Source of the DNA: Vicugna vicugna
Lineage: Eukaryota
Direction of reading: 5' to 3'
Assembly (NCBI GenBank): GCA_013265495.1
Contig: MU059377.1
Span: 13,619,273 to 13,683,272 of the forward strand
DNA: 64,000 nucleotides
Below the pieces are notes generated by a model. It did not search any database and was not told the DNA's origin. It saw only the letters and a program-made list of their open reading frames with translations. The translations under genes were made by a program, and so were the position numbers. Below are positions 60,011 to 64,000 of the stretch, piece by piece; position 1 is the first letter of the stretch, and the number at the start of each line of letters is the position of its first letter.

Positions 60011-62589
60011 TTCAGTGGCTGCTGCCTTCTGTTAGGAGTCCTGTGCAGACACGAAGCCATCTCCCTGGGGTGACTTCTCTGTTTCTTCTGGGATCTTACA
60101 GGTTTCTCCAGTTCTGAGGCAATTTTTATACTAGCTTCTTGACCCAGGGTTTCCACAACTGGCAGGTAATGCAAAATCCAACCCTACACCTTCCCACAGT
60201 TAGGGCTGGTTTTTGGAGTGTGACACGGTGTTTTTACCAACAGCCCCAGATGGACAATTCCTTGGCCTATGGGCTTGAGGGTAGCACATTCCTATGTCCC
60301 ATTTAGGGACAAAACAGTAACTTCTGGTTCCTGAGTTTATGTGAGGAGTCCAATGCCAGCTGCCCACTGAGCATGAGGGGCCAGAAACCTGACTTCTCTC
60401 AACTGCATTACTACTCAGCCAAACACCTGCCCAGCTCAGGCTCCCTGCAGTAGCCATCTCACAGCCCTGCATTAGGTTCTGTACTGTAGTTGCTTGCTTA
60501 TGTGCCTCCTCCTACACTGAGGTGCTGGAGGACAGGGTCTGAGTGTCTGTATCCCATCACAGTGCTCCCACAGGGCCCTGCAGAGATGTTCTCATTGTCC
60601 TCAATGTTCACAGACAGAAGGCTTGAGTGAGGCCTGGTTTCCCAGGGCTGGTGGGACGGTGGGGGGTGGGGTGGAGNNNNNNNNNNNNNNNNNNNNNNNN
60701 NNNNNNNNNNNNNNNNNNNNNNNNNNNNNNNNNNNNNNNNNNNNNNNNNNNNNNNNNNNNNNNNNNNNNNNNNNNNNNNNNNNNNNNNNNNNNNNNNNNN
60801 NGTGGGGAGGGCACTCTGAGGAAGTGCTCCTTTTTATTTCCTGCTCTTTAAAATCAAAAGAAAAAGGAGGGCCTCTTAGAGGGAGAGTTGACTTTGGTGC
60901 AGCAACTCCTGCACTGCTGTCCAGTTTCACATTCTGCTACCTCAGCTTCCCATGCCAAGACCGAAAAAGCAGCAGGAAGACTTGTTTAACATTTATTCCC
61001 AGGTTTTTTTTTTAATTTCCTCTGAAATGAGTATGAACACACTAGGGCCTTTACACTCTGCAGGAGCTGATCCCCTACTGGAAGCTTTGGGGAACCTCAT
61101 TCCTTCTTGCGGATACAATCTGTCAACAGAGGCGTTCCTTCATGGTCTTCTGAAAGGCCCACAGTGGTTGGAGTGGCTCTCTCTTTGGAGCTCTATTACA
61201 CTTAGAACTATGGTTTTTTTTTTTTTTAACAGAAAATAACATAGGAATTGCTTCCAGAATCCAGATGCCTATGGGAAACGCTGCCTTCTCTTTCAATGGC
61301 TTGTCCAGGCAGTGAGTGTGCCCCACTGTTCTCCGGCCCCTGCCGGAGGGGCCGGTTACTGAAGCCTGAACCCACCCCACACACTCCATAGGAAATGTGT
61401 ACTTTCAATGTTGAAAGAACCATGGGCAGAAAATGATATTTTTATAAATGAAAGTGCTTAATAAATACCATTCACTGAGTTAAATCATATTTTCCTTGAC
61501 TGTCTTGGGCCATGTATCAATTCCACTAACAACAAAAAAAATAGAAATCTGGTCGAAATATTTCTCCTTTCTAACAATGGCAATATAATTCTCAGTATTT
61601 CTCCAGCGAGCATGTATTCATTGTTTGCTCTGTGCATAACCCTGGTAAGGAGGCTCTGTGGAGGTATTTTGTCAAGCAAGTCTTTGATCTCAAGAAGCTT
61701 CTTTCTAAGATACTTAATTTATTTTTGTGGCTAGCTCAGTAGGATAAAAATTGTCTTAGAATTGCTAATCCCGTTGAGATGATTTAAACTACTAAGGGCT
61801 GGGGAAGGCTATCTGTTAAATTATCTGTCCATGCCCTTTCACACATTTGTGCTTTTAAATCACACAGAGAATTTTCTCGGTACAGAATAAGGAACCCTCA
61901 TTATAAAGCATTCCCAGGTCTCTCCGTCTCTCCCATATGAATCATACAGGAGAATCTATCTTAGAGACAACATCATATATCACCCCCACGCTATCTGATG
62001 AAGCTTTCTGCTGGTTTCTTGGGTGGCCAATCACATGACAGATATATGACTTTGAGACAGGAACTGAAATAAAATTCCTATAATACCCTTAGGGGGAAGG
62101 GGGATTGTCACTGTTGAGCACTTAAGTTAAAGAATTAATTCTCTTTAAACTTCCCTCCACCCTTACTTAGAGCTCTGAACTCAACCCAGAAGAGCTGCTC
62201 AGTTTACCTACTGAAGCCACAATACTTCAACCTGCTGTGGCTTTGTGAATTTTCTCCCAAGGTTTTCAGGTGCTAAATGATATATAACACATGTCCTGGT
62301 AGGGTTGATTCAATACTCTGCTCAGCAGCCTCAGGAATGCTTCACACAGGTTGGCCTACAAGGGAAAGGAGGCTTGAAAAGTAAAGCATGTGATGTGGCC
62401 AGAAAGTACACTTTTTGATGACACTATCACACTGAACCTGAAGCTAGATGGTACACTGTTAGATACCACTGGCAGGTGGCTGTGAATGGCACAGAGAACC
62501 CCAAATCTTCCAGTCCAGCTCCTAAATCCCTTTCGTCCATGTAACCACATCACAAGGTGGAAGCAATGTTGTAGATGTGTGACTTCCAC

Positions 62590-63518
62590 CCTAGAGATCC
62601 AGGTCAAGGGTAAGAAACGCGTTCCCTGAGGAGTCATTCCAGTTTCCATTTCTGACTCATCACTCAGTAAATGGTCATTCCATTCATCCAGTTCCTCAGA
62701 CCAAAGCCTCAGAGTTCTCCTTGCCTCCTTTCTCTCTCACTCAGTACCCCAAGTGTCAGCAAATGATGTTGACTTTCCTTTCAAAATATATCCAGAATCC
62801 AACCACTTCTCACCACCTCCACCACTTCTGCACTGGTCCAAACCACCATCACCTCTTCCCTGAATTCCAGGAAGAGCCTCTAACTGGATTCCCTGCTCCA
62901 TCCTCAACCTATCTAGTCTCCACTCAGTAGCCAGAGTAATCCTGTTACAACTTTAGTCACATCACTGTTCAAAACTCTGCAATAGCCCCCTTTATCCAGC
63001 CCACACAGAGCAAAAGCCAGGGTCTGGACAAGATCCCTGCCCCCTCCCATATCTAAGTCTTCTCCCCACCTCATTCACTCTGACACACCTATGTCAATAG
63101 CTTTGTGATGCTCTCCCAGTAGGCCAGTCATATTTCCATCCTGGAAATAAAAGGAACTGAGTCTAGCTGCCTGCAACACTCTGCTCCCAAACAATACATG
63201 TCTTGTTCCTTTGCCTCCGTAAGTCTCTATCCAAAGGCTACCTTCCTTGTAGAGCTCACCCTGATCACAGCAACTCCCAACTCCCGGCAATCCTTACCCC
63301 TTCTCTGCTTTATCTCTGTGACACTTATCATCACCTGACACACTATCTATTTACTCATTTATTTGTTGATAATCTGCCTCCCTCTACTGAAGATATAACC
63401 CATGAGGGTAGGAATTCCTGTCTGCTTTGTTCACTGCTGTTTCTGTGGCACCCAGCAATGACACTGGCCCACAGTAAATGTGCAACAAATATCTGAGCAT
63501 TTAATGAATGAATGAATG
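62590..63518 (+). mobile_element. L2 LINE 3' ~900 bp
   Basis: ctttcaaaatatatccagaatccaaccacttctcaccacctcc ... ccatgagggtaggaattcctgtctgctttgttcactgctg ... aatgaatgaatgaatg terminal repeat. The small ORFs here are L2 remnants. Confidence 0.8.
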
Positions 63519-64000
63519 GAAGAAATTTCAGGCTGTGTGCTATATACACTAGAACTCTAGATTCTGATATGTTTATTCCCAGACATTCTGCAGCACACAC
63601 ACACCACAGTATGCTCAGAGTCTGTAATACGCTGTATTAAAGGAAGAAACGGAGAGTCTTTCTGGAATCTTTTGGGATCAGATTCCATCCTTAAGAAGGT
63701 GAAGTTATGCCAAGGTTCTAACGTACAGACAGGCCCCTGTCAGCAGATCGGGAAGCTGATACTGGTGCTCTTCCACACGTGGACCTAGATCTAGCTTCAG
63801 GGGAGCCGGGGCATGGAGCCATTCTGGGAAGACAGAGCATCCTGGCCTCCACGTCCATTTCTGCCTCTAACATCAACCACACACTCTTGTCCAACACTGA
63901 GATTTTCTCCTATGAAAACAGACACTCTCTCAAATAGGAGTATCACTGTGGAAAAGAAACTTTCCAATGGAAACTTGGGAAGTAAGAGGAATGTACTTAT

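Larger units (their letters stand above)
11008..60801. other. Ten unresolved N-blocks (2423 bases): 11008-11248, 13052-13183, 20208-20363, 23753-23924, 37576-38203, 39229-39432, 46002-46293, 52457-52788, 54787-54927, 60677-60801
   Basis: Counted directly from the sequence. ORF-track entries containing X runs are artefacts of these blocks. Confidence 0.98.
30580..64000 (-). other. PRDM6: PRDM6 locus, 3' portion (last introns, three last exons, 3' UTR); the gene continues beyond the window end
   Basis: Two readable exons encode the PRDM6 C-terminal region with consistent splice phases. The PR/SET-domain exons are not visible in the window. Confidence 0.9.

Noticed and set aside
60677-60801. 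This N-block as a hiding place for the upstream PRDM6 exon (end of the PR/SET domain)
   Set aside because: On the minus strand the edges show no AG or GT (ccccac|N...N|ctccac). The ag|N|gt pattern is on the wrong strand and has a G-rich rather than pyrimidine-rich upstream. The exon more likely lies beyond position 64000. It cannot be fully excluded without the hidden bases.
1-64000. The roughly 150 ORFs of 60-157 aa in the supplied track
   Set aside because: Apart from the PRDM6 exon (53413-53739) and L1 ORF2 remnants (10269-10595, part of 11000-11377), none shows a recognisable domain or supporting splice structure. Many overlap repeats or low-complexity DNA, or are X-runs caused by N-blocks. 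This density is expected by chance.
1-64000. Prokaryote-type systems (CRISPR arrays, operons, defence islands) or an intact autonomous transposon/ERV
   Set aside because: There are no spaced direct-repeat arrays or gene-dense operons. All recognisable mobile elements are truncated or frameshifted.

Overview
This is mammalian nuclear DNA, most likely camelid: it carries a Vic-1-type tRNA-derived SINE and cetartiodactyl-type L1 3' ends. About the right half (~30.6-64 kb) is the 3' part of PRDM6 (PR/SET-domain C2H2 zinc-finger gene) on the minus strand. Two coding exons are directly readable with canonical AG/GT sites and matching phases: 53417-53759 (343 bp) and 44514-44690 (177 bp; missed by the ORF track). 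The last coding exon is not readable, but a 628-N block (37576-38203) starts exactly after a minus-strand CAG acceptor and very probably hides it. There is a proximal poly(A) signal at 36926-36931 and a candidate distal one at 30598-30603. The left ~30 kb is intergenic and dominated by L1, L2, MIR, LTR and DNA-transposon remnants. Ten N-blocks (2423 bases) limit what can be seen. I found no evidence of a novel biological system. The best leads are alternative polyadenylation with cis-elements in the PRDM6 3' UTR, several candidate enhancers whose cores are N-masked, and some informative retrotransposon junctions. Almost all other ORFs in the supplied track look like chance ORFs or repeat remnants. 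Repeat family names come from recalled consensus motifs, not a database search, and repeat boundaries are approximate unless TSDs are quoted.
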